Positions 9,372 to 19,344 of a stretch of 64,000 nt of DNA are shown piece by piece. The stretch spans positions 444,460 to 508,459 of the forward strand of contig CAYUQB010000001.1 of assembly GCA_964446735.1 (NCBI GenBank), read 5' to 3'. The position numbers were made by a program, and so were the translations under genes. The notes under the pieces were generated by a model. The model was not told the origin of the DNA. It saw only the letters and a list, made by a program, of their open reading frames with translations, and did not search any database. Every line of letters begins with the position of its first letter. Position 1 is the stretch's first letter. The DNA is from an uncultured Candidatus Saccharibacteria bacterium. GTDB lineage: Bacteria; Patescibacteriota; Minisyncoccia; Phycocordibacterales; Phycocordibacteraceae.

Positions 9372-9806
9372 GTGGAAAAACAGATGGTAGATCTTACAGC
9401 GCTCGAAACAGAGGCGAAGACGTTCGTTCGATCACTCACCCCTGCACGGACCGCAACCCTGGTGACGCTTTCTGGAGAACTTGGGGCAGGCAAAACTACA
9501 TTTACCCAGGCGGTGGCGAAAGCCGTCGGCATCGCGGAAGCGGTCACGAGTCCTACCTTTGTACTCGAGAAGATATATGAACTTCCAGCCGGACAAGTAT
9601 TTGAGCGTTTGGTACACATAGACGCGTATCGGCTTTCTGGTGGAGAGGAGCTTTCCGCACTGGGATTCTCTGAACTCATGTATGATCCAGGGAATCTGAT
9701 CGTACTTGAGTGGCCTGAAAAGGTAGCGGACACACTTCCTACTCCCACGATTGCCATAACGCTCACCGTGAATCCTGACGGGTCACGCACCCTTTCCTAT
9801 GCCTAA
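9372..9806 (+). CDS. tsaE: tRNA t6A biosynthesis ATPase TsaE
   Basis: LSGELGAGKTT, VTSPTF, HIDAYRL, EWPE; GTG start 6 nt after TACAAT. Confidence 0.95.
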   Translation: MEKQMVDLTALETEAKTFVRSLTPARTATLVTLSGELGAGKTTFTQAVAKAVGIAEAVTSPTFVLEKIYELPAGQVFERLVHIDAYRLSGGEELSALGFSELMYDPGNLIVLEWPEKVADTLPTPTIAITLTVNPDGSRTLSYA

Positions 9807-12189
9807 GACAACCAACAAGAAACGTCTCGTTATTCTGGACTCGCACGCGATCATTCATCGTGCGTATCACGCACTTCCTGACTTTACTGGACCGGATGGT
9901 CAACCCACGGGTGCGCTATACGGGCTGGCATCTATGTTGCTGCGCATTTTTGGGGACCTGAAGCCTGACTATATTGCTGCAGCATATGATCTTGCCGGTC
10001 CCACCGTGCGGCATGAAGCGTATGCGGAATACAAGGGAACCAGAAGCAAGACTGATGATGCGCTTATCGCCCAACTCACCACGTCGCGTGATGTCTTTGC
10101 TGCGTTCTCGGTCCCCATTTACGAGCGTGAGGGATTTGAGGCTGACGACATCATCGGCACCGTAACGAAACTGCTTGAGAAGGAGAAAGAACTCGAAATA
10201 GTAATTGCATCTGGTGACATGGATACGATGCAGCTCATCGATGGCAAGCGCGTGCAGGTGTATACCCTAAAGAAAGGACTCAACGACACTATTCTGTACG
10301 ACGAAGCCGCGGTACAGGAACGCTACGGATTCCCTCCAGAACTGATTCCCGACTATAAGGGTCTACGAGGCGACCCTTCGGACAACATTAAGGGTGTTCC
10401 CGGTATCGGCGAAAAGACCGCAACGGAGTTAGTTGCGAATTTTGGAACCATAGAATCGCTGTATGAAACTATTGCAAAGAATGAACAGGCACTCCTTGCG
10501 AAAGGAATCAAGCCACGGATTGTAAATCTTCTGAAGGAGCACGAAGAAGACGCGCGATTTTCAAAAGCGATTGCGACTATTCGCACGGATGCACGCATTG
10601 CATACGCACTTCCCAAAGAATGTTGGCTCGACCAAGTCTCTCTTCCGCGCGTTCTCGCGCTCTTTGATGAGCTCGGATTTCGGTCGCTTCGTGGTAGAGC
10701 GCAAACACTTATGGGTGGAGATGGAACCGAGGACGAGACGTATGAGGAAGCGGCTGCTGAAGCTGACATTGCACCTGCACGTCTTGAAGAAGCGAAAGTC
10801 ATGCTGTGGCTCCTGTGCTCTGACTTCACCAATCCAAATCTCGAGGACGTGCTCGGATATACGCGAACACAAACGTTTGATGAGGCGCACGCCGAACTTA
10901 CGCGACTTGTGGCAGAGACGGGACGACTCCAGAAAGTGTACGAAGACATCGAACATCCACTCATTGCGCTCATCGAAGCGATGAAGCAGCACGGAGTACT
11001 TATAGACCGAAACGTACTCAGCACACTTTCGAAGGAGTACCATGCGGATCTGGAAAAGATAGAAGCCCGGATATATGCGGCGGCAGGGCACGAATTCAAT
11101 ATCGCGTCACCCAAACAACTTGGCGATGTGCTGTTCGATGAACTTGAGCTCAAGGTTCCAGGAGCCAAGACCCAGAAGAAGACCGCGACCGGACAACGCT
11201 CAACTAAAGAGTCCGAGCTTGAGAAACTGCAGGACCTGCATCCTATTATCGGCGACATCCTCGAATACAGAGGTTTGGCAAAACTTCTTTCTACCTACAT
11301 TGATAACTTGCCGACTCTCCTAGACGATAAGGATCGATTGCATCCGCAGTTCCTCCAGTATGGAGCGGTCACGGGTCGTATGGCGAGTACAAATCCGGGA
11401 CTTCAGAACATCCCAATACGCACTGAACGGGGCCGGGCGATCCGAAACGCCTTCATCGCGCCTCCTGGGTACACACTCCTCGATCTCGACTACTCACAGA
11501 TTGAGCTACGCATTGCCGCAATCCTTTCGAAGGATGAAAAGCTCATTGGGATATTCAAATCTGGACGTGATGTACATCGCGAAGTTGCAGCTGCAGTTTT
11601 TGATGTCGCTCCGGAAACGGTGGACGCTGAGATGCGTCGACGAGCCAAAATTATCAACTTCGGCATTCTCTATGGCATGGGTGTGAATGCGCTCAAAACC
11701 CAACTTGGGACCTCTATGGCTGACGCCCACCGATTCTATGATGACTATTTCGCGACGTTCTCAACGCTCGCAAAATATCTAGAGTCGACTCGAGGGTTTG
11801 CCCGAAAAAACGGCTTCACTGAGACACTCTTTGGTCGCCGTCGTCAGTTTCCGGAAATGAAGTCTCCGCTCCCGTACGTTCGCGCGCAGGCCGAGCGCAT
11901 GGCTATTAATGCGCCGATTCAGGGAACCCAGGCAGACATTATTAAACTCGCCATGGTGCGGATCGATGAAATGCTTGTCGCTGAGAATCTTCGAGACGAG
12001 ACCCATCTTCTCCTCCAGGTGCATGACGAACTGGTATATGAAGTAGCGGAAGAGCGGCTTTCCATGCTTGCACCGAAAATTAAGAACATCATGGAAACGG
12101 TTCTTTCTGAAGATCAGACCGAGGGGGTACCGATCATAGCTGAAATGAAGGTAGGAAAGTCGTGGGGAAGTGCACAACCACTTGTCTGA
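9799..12189 (+). CDS. polA: DNA polymerase I (5'-3' exonuclease plus polymerase; proofreading region reduced)
   Basis: EADDIIG, GDPSDNIKGVPGIG, DYSQIELR, AKIINFGILYG, QVHDEL. Confidence 0.96.
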   Translation: MPKTTNKKRLVILDSHAIIHRAYHALPDFTGPDGQPTGALYGLASMLLRIFGDLKPDYIAAAYDLAGPTVRHEAYAEYKGTRSKTDDALIAQLTTSRDVFAAFSVPIYEREGFEADDIIGTVTKLLEKEKELEIVIASGDMDTMQLIDGKRVQVYTLKKGLNDTILYDEAAVQERYGFPPELIPDYKGLRGDPSDNIKGVPGIGEKTATELVANFGTIESLYETIAKNEQALLAKGIKPRIVNLLKEHEEDARFSKAIATIRTDARIAYALPKECWLDQVSLPRVLALFDELGFRSLRGRAQTLMGGDGTEDETYEEAAAEADIAPARLEEAKVMLWLLCSDFTNPNLEDVLGYTRTQTFDEAHAELTRLVAETGRLQKVYEDIEHPLIALIEAMKQHGVLIDRNVLSTLSKEYHADLEKIEARIYAAAGHEFNIASPKQLGDVLFDELELKVPGAKTQKKTATGQRSTKESELEKLQDLHPIIGDILEYRGLAKLLSTYIDNLPTLLDDKDRLHPQFLQYGAVTGRMASTNPGLQNIPIRTERGRAIRNAFIAPPGYTLLDLDYSQIELRIAAILSKDEKLIGIFKSGRDVHREVAAAVFDVAPETVDAEMRRRAKIINFGILYGMGVNALKTQLGTSMADAHRFYDDYFATFSTLAKYLESTRGFARKNGFTETLFGRRRQFPEMKSPLPYVRAQAERMAINAPIQGTQADIIKLAMVRIDEMLVAENLRDETHLLLQVHDELVYEVAEERLSMLAPKIKNIMETVLSEDQTEGVPIIAEMKVGKSWGSAQPLV

Positions 12190-12247
12190 TACGGGGGTGA
12201 AATAGGATACTAGAGCTAGGCTCGTGGTGAGTCGGGGAGTCACAGTC

Positions 12248-12406
12248 ATGAGTGCACAGGGCGCTAATCACCAAGGTCGTTCGTCGAACAGCTACCGTTC
12301 TAGCGGAGCTGCCAGGGTTCTGGTTCCGCTTCTCATATCACTCGCCATGTGGGCGTTCATCCTCCTCGGGCTTTCGGGCCTCTGGATGAAAAGCTTCGGT
12401 GGGTGA
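12248..12406 (+). CDS. Small single-TM hypothetical protein (52 aa)
   Basis: GGGGAG SD before ATG; hydrophobic C-terminal half; hairpin downstream. Confidence 0.55.
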   Translation: MSAQGANHQGRSSNSYRSSGAARVLVPLLISLAMWAFILLGLSGLWMKSFGG

Positions 12407-12491
12407 CGCCATAGATCTTCAGGTAACCAGCTCTCGTTGCGAGCGTCCGTGTCCCGGGCGCTCCGCATCTTTTAGCGATACACTATCTCCT

Positions 12492-13142
12492 ATGATTTAT
12501 CTCTTTCACGGCACCGATGTCGAGAAAGTACGAGCGAAGGCATTTGGGTGGGTGGCAGCTGCACGCGCTAAAGCGCCTGATGCACCCTATATTCGGCTTT
12601 CGGCCGACGTGATCACACCAGAGGCACTCGATGAAGTAGTGCAATCGCAGGGACTCTTTTTCTCAAAGATGCTCGTACTCCTTGATGATCCGTTTTCGCT
12701 TACGGAAACTGGCGAGCTGATACTCCAAAAACTACCGGTCCTACAAGAGTCAGCTAATCCAATTGCCATTCTTTCTCCGAAACTTCTTGCTGCACGGATC
12801 AAGAAGCTTGAGGTTGTGGCGGAGAAGGTTTTTGTGTTTGACGCAAAAGAGAAGAAACCAACACGAGGGTTCAACGCGTCCTTGGTAAATGCGCTCGCAG
12901 CGCGCGATCGCGCGGCACTCTGGAAAGAATTACAGAAAGCAGAGCGTGCAGGAGACGCTCCAGAAATGCTCCATGGACTGCTTCACTGGAAGGCACGTGA
13001 TCTTATGCAAAAGGGAGGGAAGGGATGGGACACGGAAGAGGCCCGAGTGCTTTCCCGTTCTCTCATCGAGCTCCTGTCTGATTCTCGAAGCGGCGATCTT
13101 CCGCTCTCGCTTCAGTTAGAGCGATTTGTGCTCTCCGTATGA
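12492..13142 (+). CDS. holA: DNA polymerase III delta subunit-like protein (short HolA)
   Basis: MIYLFHGTD start, xGLFFSKxLV motif, C-terminal LERFVL. Confidence 0.65.
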   Translation: MIYLFHGTDVEKVRAKAFGWVAAARAKAPDAPYIRLSADVITPEALDEVVQSQGLFFSKMLVLLDDPFSLTETGELILQKLPVLQESANPIAILSPKLLAARIKKLEVVAEKVFVFDAKEKKPTRGFNASLVNALAARDRAALWKELQKAERAGDAPEMLHGLLHWKARDLMQKGGKGWDTEEARVLSRSLIELLSDSRSGDLPLSLQLERFVLSV

Positions 13143-13606
13143 TTTTTCGAACAGCACCGGAAGATTTTAATAAGCGATTCGATGTTGTGGGTTGTTACAT
13201 TCTCTGTGACGATTCCTTTCTCCTCCTGCATCGTCATGAGCATAAAACGAGTGGAGACACATGGGGGTTGCCTGCTGGGAAAGTCGACGAAGGCGAGGAA
13301 CTGAAAGAGGCACTACTTCGGGAAGTGAAAGAGGAAACGGGAATTGCTTTTGCACCTGACGAAGTCGAGTATTTCGATTCAGTGTTTCTTCGCGATGGAA
13401 ATTTCGATATGGGCTGGCATATGTTCTCAATCAGAGTCCCCGAACGTCCGGAAGTAGTTATTGATCCGTATGAGCACCTTGAATACCGGTGGGTCTCCCT
13501 AGCTCAAGCGGGGGAGATGAACCTCATCCATGATCTCGCAGAATCAAATGAGATGTTTTTTAATTTGTCCGCCCGCCTGGGCTCGAACCAGGGACCGTCT
13601 CCTTAA
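13139..13606 (+). CDS. NUDIX hydrolase
   Basis: Nudix box GKVDEGEELKEALLREVKEETG. Confidence 0.9.
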   Translation: MIFRTAPEDFNKRFDVVGCYILCDDSFLLLHRHEHKTSGDTWGLPAGKVDEGEELKEALLREVKEETGIAFAPDEVEYFDSVFLRDGNFDMGWHMFSIRVPERPEVVIDPYEHLEYRWVSLAQAGEMNLIHDLAESNEMFFNLSARLGSNQGPSP

Positions 13607-13640
13607 AAGGGAGCTGCTCTACCGACTGAGCTACGGGCGG
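13568..13640 (-). tRNA. tRNA-Lys(UUU)
   Basis: Cloverleaf CCGCCCG-TAGCTCAG..CT-TTT-AA..GTTCGAG..CGGGCGG-A. Confidence 0.92.
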
Positions 13641-13689
13641 ATTGTTGCACTCGCAACTTCAACAAACTAGCACTTACTGGACTCCTTTT

Positions 13690-14328
13690 CTAGTACGAGA
13701 ATGAGTCAACGACACGGCCACGTTCGTCGTACAGGGTGATCGTTTCTCGGTCCCGCGCGTACGCGTCAAAGTTTCGGTTTAGGAAGGCACAGTTCGCATC
13801 AGGTTGTTCGCAGAGATTTCGGTAGAAAGAACTATTCTCCGAACCTCTACCACTCACCACATGGAGCTTCTGTCCTCCTGGGAGGGTATACCGCTGGAGC
13901 GGAATCGATGCACCCGTTCGATCGCTTTCGACATACCACCCTTCAATTCGCGCGTCAGCGGTACCACGATTAACTACGGTCACGTATTCTTGGTTCGGAT
14001 TATCAGATGCGGGTCCGAGTGTTGAGTGTTCAAGTGCAACACTTCCTTCAGAACTCGAGATCGCTCCGTCTGTATTTCTGGTGTACGCATTTGGATTGCC
14101 CTGCGAGATGACCGAAGGTGCACCACCGATCTGTTTCGGATAAGACGTGGTGTTGATGGGGTTGGTTGGAACAATGTAGCGGTATCCCTGCGATTCTTCA
14201 CCGGGTCGTGTCACCGGTGTGATGAACGGGCCTGTGGTTGAGATCGGACGCGATGGGCCGCCTGTTGCCACCCAAGCTGCAAAGATGAACACGATAGCCA
14301 TGATGACAAAGAGGGCGTCGGCTTTCAT
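13690..14328 (-). CDS. Membrane-anchored protein with lamin-tail-like domain
   Basis: N-terminal TM; EYVTVVN, IEGW, ETITLYDxxGRVVDSFSY. Confidence 0.7.
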   Translation of the reverse strand: MKADALFVIMAIVFIFAAWVATGGPSRPISTTGPFITPVTRPGEESQGYRYIVPTNPINTTSYPKQIGGAPSVISQGNPNAYTRNTDGAISSSEGSVALEHSTLGPASDNPNQEYVTVVNRGTADARIEGWYVESDRTGASIPLQRYTLPGGQKLHVVSGRGSENSSFYRNLCEQPDANCAFLNRNFDAYARDRETITLYDERGRVVDSFSY

Positions 14329-14344
14329 GGCTCAATGATAGCAA

Positions 14345-15604
14345 TTATTGTCCCAAGAGCTCCAATTCCTCTTTTACTACCTGCGCATCGCTCCACGGCT
14401 CCTTCTTACCGCCCGCCTGCATGATGTAGGGGTCCGTGCCTTTTCCGGTAATGAGTACTGCGTCGCCTGAGTGCGCACGAGCAAGTGCTTCTCGAATGGC
14501 TTCACGCCGATTCATGATGATTGTGGGGGTACGCTTCATGCCGCCCGCCATTGCTGCGAGAATAGCGGACGGGTCCTCATCGTACGGATCCTCGTCGGTG
14601 AGTATCACTTCGTCGCAATAGTCATCGGCAATACGCCCCATCTCCGGACGCTTCCAGGTATCGCGCCCGCCTCCTGTATTTCCGAGCACGCAGATTTTAC
14701 GACGAGATTCATATGCTTCATAGAGCGCAATGAGGGAGTCAGGTGTATGCGCATAGTCCACAATCGCGAGGAAGTCTTGTCCGACCTCAATGCGCTCGGC
14801 ACGCCCCGGAATGCGCGAAAGGGAGGCAAGTGAGCGTTGTATCGTTTGTGGCTTTACCCCCAGAAATTCTCCAGTGCGAATTGCAGCCAGTGCATTCCTG
14901 ATACTGAAGTCTCCGGGTTGCGGTAGGGTGTAGCGCGTCTGATTGTAGGTAAATGACACACCATCAGGAGAAGCAGTGTGGTCGTGCGCGTTGTTGAGTG
15001 AAAAAGGGAGCGACTGTTCGACAGGAAGCGCAAGAAAACGTTTTCCGTATCCGCTATCGGTGTTCGCAATTATAGCTCGCGGTCGTTTGGGAGAGTTGAG
15101 GAGTGCCTGTCCAATGCGGAACTTCGCTGCGAAGTACTTTTCCATGCCACCGTGACTTTCAAGGTGCTCTTTCTCGAGGTTAGTGAAGATGAGCGCGTCC
15201 AGATCAAGGAACAGGTGTCGATATTGCAGGGCCGCTTCGCTCGTGATTTCTATGACCGCGTGCGTCGCTCCCTTCGTTACCGCTTCTCGCAAGAACTTTT
15301 GAATAAAACCGCGTCCCGGCAGTGTCATTTTGAATAGGTTAGGACGCGACTCATTGCCGATTGAGAATCGAATGGTGCTTGATACCGCGACTGTGTGTCC
15401 TTGTGCCGCAAGGATAGCTGCGACCATTTCAGCTACGGACGATTTCCCCTTGGTACCGGTTACACCAACTACTACAAGACTTCGTGCAGGGAAGTGGTAG
15501 TAGAGTGCACTTCCAATAGTCCAGAGTAGGTGGTAGGGCAACAAGAGCGTGCGGTACACGCTGCGCGGGAAGAGTGATTGGAGAAATGACTTGAATGCAC
15601 CCAT
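14345..15604 (-). CDS. murE: Mur ligase, MurE family
   Basis: GVTGTKGKSS, FTNLxxEHL, DYAHTPD, GGGRD, GKGxDPY. Confidence 0.88.
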   Translation of the reverse strand: MGAFKSFLQSLFPRSVYRTLLLPYHLLWTIGSALYYHFPARSLVVVGVTGTKGKSSVAEMVAAILAAQGHTVAVSSTIRFSIGNESRPNLFKMTLPGRGFIQKFLREAVTKGATHAVIEITSEAALQYRHLFLDLDALIFTNLEKEHLESHGGMEKYFAAKFRIGQALLNSPKRPRAIIANTDSGYGKRFLALPVEQSLPFSLNNAHDHTASPDGVSFTYNQTRYTLPQPGDFSIRNALAAIRTGEFLGVKPQTIQRSLASLSRIPGRAERIEVGQDFLAIVDYAHTPDSLIALYEAYESRRKICVLGNTGGGRDTWKRPEMGRIADDYCDEVILTDEDPYDEDPSAILAAMAGGMKRTPTIIMNRREAIREALARAHSGDAVLITGKGTDPYIMQAGGKKEPWSDAQVVKEELELLGQ

Positions 15605-15605
15605 G

Positions 15606-16157
15606 CTACCGAGTGGCACCAGAAAGGGCTGCTTTCAGTCGCGCATCCTTGCCAGTAATGTCTTTTGGAATTCCGGCGACCGAAGCACGCGCTTCGCGTT
15701 CAGTGTATCCAAGTGCGACCAACGTATCGAATACGTCTGCATCGCCATCATCATGCGAACCGGTCGAGCCAATCTTCTCAGCAAGTTCAACCAGGATTTT
15801 TTCCGCCGCCTTCTTACCCAAACCGGCCACGCGAGTGAGGTATTCGAGATCGCGACTCGCTATAGCGCCAATGAGTGATTCTCTTGGTGCCTTCCGCATG
15901 ATTGAAAGGGCGGTCTTAGGTCCTACGCCAGGCACATGGAGGAGTCGTTCGAAAAAGCGTAGGTCCTCTGACTCTGGGAAGCCATACAACTCAAGTCCGT
16001 CTTGTTTGACGGCCAAATACGTAAAGAGAGTTGCTTCGGATCCTTGCGTAAGGGATTCGGGTGCGGCCATGGCGACAAAGACACCAAAGCCAGCTACCTC
16101 AATCGTTGCTCCGGACGGGTCCACTTCAAGTACGGTCCCTCGTATCTGACGAATCAT
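15606..16157 (-). CDS. ruvA: Holliday junction DNA-binding protein RuvA
   Basis: LYGF, VPGVGPKTAL, GLGKKAAEKI, LVALGY. Confidence 0.95.
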   Translation of the reverse strand: MIRQIRGTVLEVDPSGATIEVAGFGVFVAMAAPESLTQGSEATLFTYLAVKQDGLELYGFPESEDLRFFERLLHVPGVGPKTALSIMRKAPRESLIGAIASRDLEYLTRVAGLGKKAAEKILVELAEKIGSTGSHDDGDADVFDTLVALGYTEREARASVAGIPKDITGKDARLKAALSGATR

Positions 16158-16219
16158 ATATAAAGGTATCCTAGCATTCCTTGCGCAGAGGCGGCTCGTA
16201 GCGTAGTATGCGGAACACC

Positions 16220-16486
16220 ATGGCAATTACGAAATCGGCCAAGAAAGCCCATCGCGCGAGCCTCAAGAAGCGCGTTTTTAATGTACGCCGCAAGCGTGTT
16301 CTCACCGATACGACCAAGTCGGTAAAGAAACTCATTGCGACCGACCCTAAGGAGGCAGGAAAGTCTCTTTCCGCTGCCTACCAGGCGATTGATAAGGCGG
16401 CAAAGCGCGGCATCATCAAGAAGAATGCTGCCTCTCGAAAGAAATCGCGTCTCGCACTCGCCATTAAGCGAGCTGAAGGTAAATAG
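16220..16486 (+). CDS. rpsT: 30S ribosomal protein S20
   Basis: AITKSAKKA, IDKAAKRGIIKKNAASRKKSRL. Confidence 0.96.
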   Translation: MAITKSAKKAHRASLKKRVFNVRRKRVLTDTTKSVKKLIATDPKEAGKSLSAAYQAIDKAAKRGIIKKNAASRKKSRLALAIKRAEGK

Positions 16487-16517
16487 AAAGAACCGCCCCT
16501 AAGGGCGGTTCTTTCTA
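16484..16517 (+). terminator. Intrinsic terminator after rpsT
   Basis: tagaaagaaccgccc-ctaa-gggcggttctttcta. Confidence 0.8.
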
Positions 16518-16579
16518 TATGGTGCACTGTATTAGGGTCTACCTCGAACCTTTATGCCCGAGCATCATACAATGGAGGT

Positions 16580-16969
16580 ATGAACAGCAGGTTCTCGCTA
16601 GCTATCAAGCTTCTCGCAATATACTTCTGGTCGTTCACGCCGACTTTTGTTCTGTCCCTTCTCCCCCAAAGGAATACCGCCCTGGGCGAGTTATTCGTTC
16701 GGGATGCTCAGGTTGTAGGCTACCAGTTTGAACTTCTTTTTGCACTCATCTTTTTAGTGTGGGGAGTGTATCTCTGGAAGGCTTCAAGAAATCCAGGAGC
16801 GCATCTGTTTTTCATTGATTTCACTGTCTGGGCCTCCGCTGCTCACTTGCTATGGATGCTACTCATAGCAGCCAGCCAGTCAGCCGATGCAATGCATCTT
16901 CTCAGGGACGCAGTAACCCTTGCGATTCCACTCGGCCTGGTTATTTATTTTAGAGAACAGAAGCGATAA
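16580..16969 (+). CDS. Hypothetical 4-TM membrane protein
   Basis: Four hydrophobic segments; TACAAT 6 nt before ATG. Confidence 0.7.
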   Translation: MNSRFSLAIKLLAIYFWSFTPTFVLSLLPQRNTALGELFVRDAQVVGYQFELLFALIFLVWGVYLWKASRNPGAHLFFIDFTVWASAAHLLWMLLIAASQSADAMHLLRDAVTLAIPLGLVIYFREQKR

Positions 16970-17005
16970 ACCTGACCTGGACGCATCCAGGAGTCTTCTT
17001 GTGAC

Positions 17006-17080
17006 TGGTGCTCCCAGCAGGAATCGAACCTGCATTTTCTCCTTCGGAGGGAGATGTCCTGTCCATTGAACGACGGGAGC
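17006..17080 (-). tRNA. tRNA-Arg(CCG)
   Basis: Cloverleaf with TCTCC-CT-CCG-AA-GGAGA; CCA encoded. Confidence 0.93.
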
Positions 17081-17102
17081 GTCGTCCCACTCTAGCAATT
17101 TG

Positions 17103-17174
17103 TGCTCTCGGTAGGAATCGAACCTACATTACCAGCTCCGCAAGCTAGCGTCCTATCCATTGAACGACGAGAGC
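17103..17174 (-). tRNA. tRNA-Arg(GCG)
   Basis: Cloverleaf with CTAGC-TT-GCG-GA-GCTGG. Confidence 0.9.
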
Positions 17175-17216
17175 GAACGTTTCTGACAATACCGTTCTCC
17201 CACCTCCTTCGCAAGC

Positions 17217-17696
17217 TTAGAGTCGCAGAAGACCGATTAGATGATCAAATACTGATTCGTCATGCTTTCCTTCCGGGATGTGCGCGGAGAAGAATTCGTA
17301 GATCTCCACCGGGTCGTGTCCAACGATTGGTATAAGAAGATGCGATGCGAGGAAGTGTTTGGTTTTGATAGAAAGGGAGGGGGGCATCGACTCATCTGCA
17401 TATTCAAGTACCGTAAACGAAAGCATGCTTTCGTACGGATAGAGATTGCGGTCGATGACGACTCCTCGTTCAGTAACGGCAAAATAGTGTTCGCGTGGCC
17501 GCTTCGCTGCTTCGAGCGCGAGCGCTCCCGCTCCCGCCGCGACGACCAACGCGAGAATCACGTTACTGAAAAGAATAGATGCAATAACTCCCGCGACTGC
17601 AATGATACCGAGTGCCCAATACCAATCTGAACCCTTCTCTTCGAAGGAGTATTCATGTCCATTCCATTCCCAAATGACGCCGCGCGGCATATTCAT
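17217..17696 (-). CDS. Hypothetical membrane protein (two TMs plus soluble domain)
   Basis: WxGHEY..KxxDWYW followed by two TMs; leaderless -10 box upstream. Confidence 0.75.
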   Translation of the reverse strand: MNMPRGVIWEWNGHEYSFEEKGSDWYWALGIIAVAGVIASILFSNVILALVVAAGAGALALEAAKRPREHYFAVTERGVVIDRNLYPYESMLSFTVLEYADESMPPSLSIKTKHFLASHLLIPIVGHDPVEIYEFFSAHIPEGKHDESVFDHLIGLLRL

Positions 17697-17762
17697 ACAT
17701 CATGATAGCACCGTGAATGGAACACGAGGGACGCTATAAACCAGCGGAGGTATACTCTGCCT

Positions 17763-18872
17763 ATGCGTAAGATTCTGTTTTTGCTTGTCAGCGTCATACT
17801 CCTGCTTCCGTCTGGCGTTTCTGCACAGGAACTTTCAATAGCGCAAGAATACATTGCAAAAGCCAAGGTAGTGGAGGCGTCACCATCACGTACTGAGTAC
17901 ATCCTAGGTACCGAAGTCGAGACCAAAGTTCAGGACATCACCGTTGAGGTTCTCGAAGGGCGTGATATAGGGCTCCGTGCCTCGTTCCGAAATGATTTCA
18001 CGCAGGTGCAGACAGGAGACACTATCTATGTTCGCCATACGGTGAGCCAGTTTGATCCTGAAATGTGGTCAGTTGCCGATCCCTATCGACTCGATGTGTT
18101 GATCGTCATTGCAGTTGTCTTCGTGCTCCTTCTTTTTCTATTCGGTGGTTGGCAGGGAATACGGGGACTTGCGAGTCTTATTGGAAGCTTCGTACTCATT
18201 TTCTATCTCCTTATCCCAAACTTGTATGCTGGCCACTCACCCATATTGGTCTCGCTTGGAGTAGCATCACTCATTATTGTTGTCGGCTCCTACATCACCC
18301 ACGGATTCAATCGCACTACCACTCTTGCGATGTTCGGTATGGTGCTTACGATCATCGTAACGGGAATAGCAACCTATTTCGCCATTGATGCAGCAGAGCT
18401 TTCAGGTTTCACCTCGGAAGAAAATGTATATCTAAACTTCAATACCGGAGGACGTATCGACATGGTTGGACTTCTTTTCGGCGCCATCATGATCGGTCTT
18501 CTGGGCGTTCTTTACGACATCGCCATCGGCCAGGCCGTGACGGTTGAAGAGCTCGTTGCTGCAGGCGCACATTACACTCGCGAACAAGTGTTCGCTCGTG
18601 CTATGCGCGTTGGCCGTGAACACATCGGGGCTCTCGTGAACACACTCGCTATCGCCTATGTTGGTGCAGCGCTACCACTCCTTCTCCTATTCCAGTCATC
18701 CGAAACAAACATTCCACACCTTCTGAACAGTGAGCTATTTGCAACCGAATTGATCCGCATCCTCATGGGAAGTATTGGGTTGGTACTTGCGGTACCGATT
18801 ACCACACTTCTCACCACGTATGCACTATATGGAAAGGAAGTTCAGGGTAGAACGACACATACTCATACGTAA
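17763..18872 (+). CDS. YibE/F family membrane protein
   Basis: IGLLGVLYDIAI, GREHIGALVNTLAIAYVG, GSIGLVLAVPITT; His-rich C-terminus. Confidence 0.88.
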   Translation: MRKILFLLVSVILLLPSGVSAQELSIAQEYIAKAKVVEASPSRTEYILGTEVETKVQDITVEVLEGRDIGLRASFRNDFTQVQTGDTIYVRHTVSQFDPEMWSVADPYRLDVLIVIAVVFVLLLFLFGGWQGIRGLASLIGSFVLIFYLLIPNLYAGHSPILVSLGVASLIIVVGSYITHGFNRTTTLAMFGMVLTIIVTGIATYFAIDAAELSGFTSEENVYLNFNTGGRIDMVGLLFGAIMIGLLGVLYDIAIGQAVTVEELVAAGAHYTREQVFARAMRVGREHIGALVNTLAIAYVGAALPLLLLFQSSETNIPHLLNSELFATELIRILMGSIGLVLAVPITTLLTTYALYGKEVQGRTTHTHT

Positions 18873-18879
18873 CCAATGT

Positions 18880-18901
18880 TATACTATTGCAAATAATTTG
18901 C
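18880..18901 (+). promoter_or_regulatory. -10 box with adjacent Fur/Zur-type operator
   Basis: TATACT (18880-18885) followed by palindrome GCAAAT-A-ATTTGC (18889-18901). Confidence 0.6.
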
Positions 18902-18921
18902 GTTAGCAATATGATGCCTTC

Positions 18922-19332
18922 ATGGCACCACTCGATTTCGCGGACACACTTCGTACCCACGGCATGCGTGCTACGGAAGGGCGTATTTCTCTTCTAAAAA
19001 CCCTCGCACGCCAGAAGAAGCCCATCAGTATAGAGGACCTTCAGCATAAACTGTCGGAACGACTTGATACTGCAACGCTCTATCGTGCCCTTGAGGCGCT
19101 TGCTGATGCACGGCTGGTGGAACGAGTGGATCTTCAACATGGCCATGCCCATTACGAACTTATTCCCGGACGCCCGCATCACCATCATGCGGTGTGTCGC
19201 TCATGCGGAACGATCGAAGACATTGAACTATCGCACGCTCCAGAACAGGAGGCCGCTCGTCGGACGAAACAGTTTTCGATCATCGACACACACCGCCTTG
19301 AATTCTTTGGTCTGTGTAGCAATTGCACCTAA
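18922..19332 (+). CDS. Fur family transcriptional regulator (likely Zur)
   Basis: ATLYRAL, HHHHAVCRSCG, GLCSNC; adjacent to a ZIP transporter. Confidence 0.92.
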   Translation: MAPLDFADTLRTHGMRATEGRISLLKTLARQKKPISIEDLQHKLSERLDTATLYRALEALADARLVERVDLQHGHAHYELIPGRPHHHHAVCRSCGTIEDIELSHAPEQEAARRTKQFSIIDTHRLEFFGLCSNCT

Positions 19333-19344
19333 ATCCCTCACCAT

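Noticed and set aside
12187-13142. Alternative genetic code (UGA=Gly, as in Gracilibacteria/Absconditabacteria)
   Set aside because: TGA ends polA, the holA-like gene and others at the expected lengths, and conserved genes are open under code 11
16574-16578. GGAGG as SD of the 4-TM gene
   Set aside because: Only 1 nt from the ATG; fits the leaderless TACAAT-6nt-ATG pattern instead
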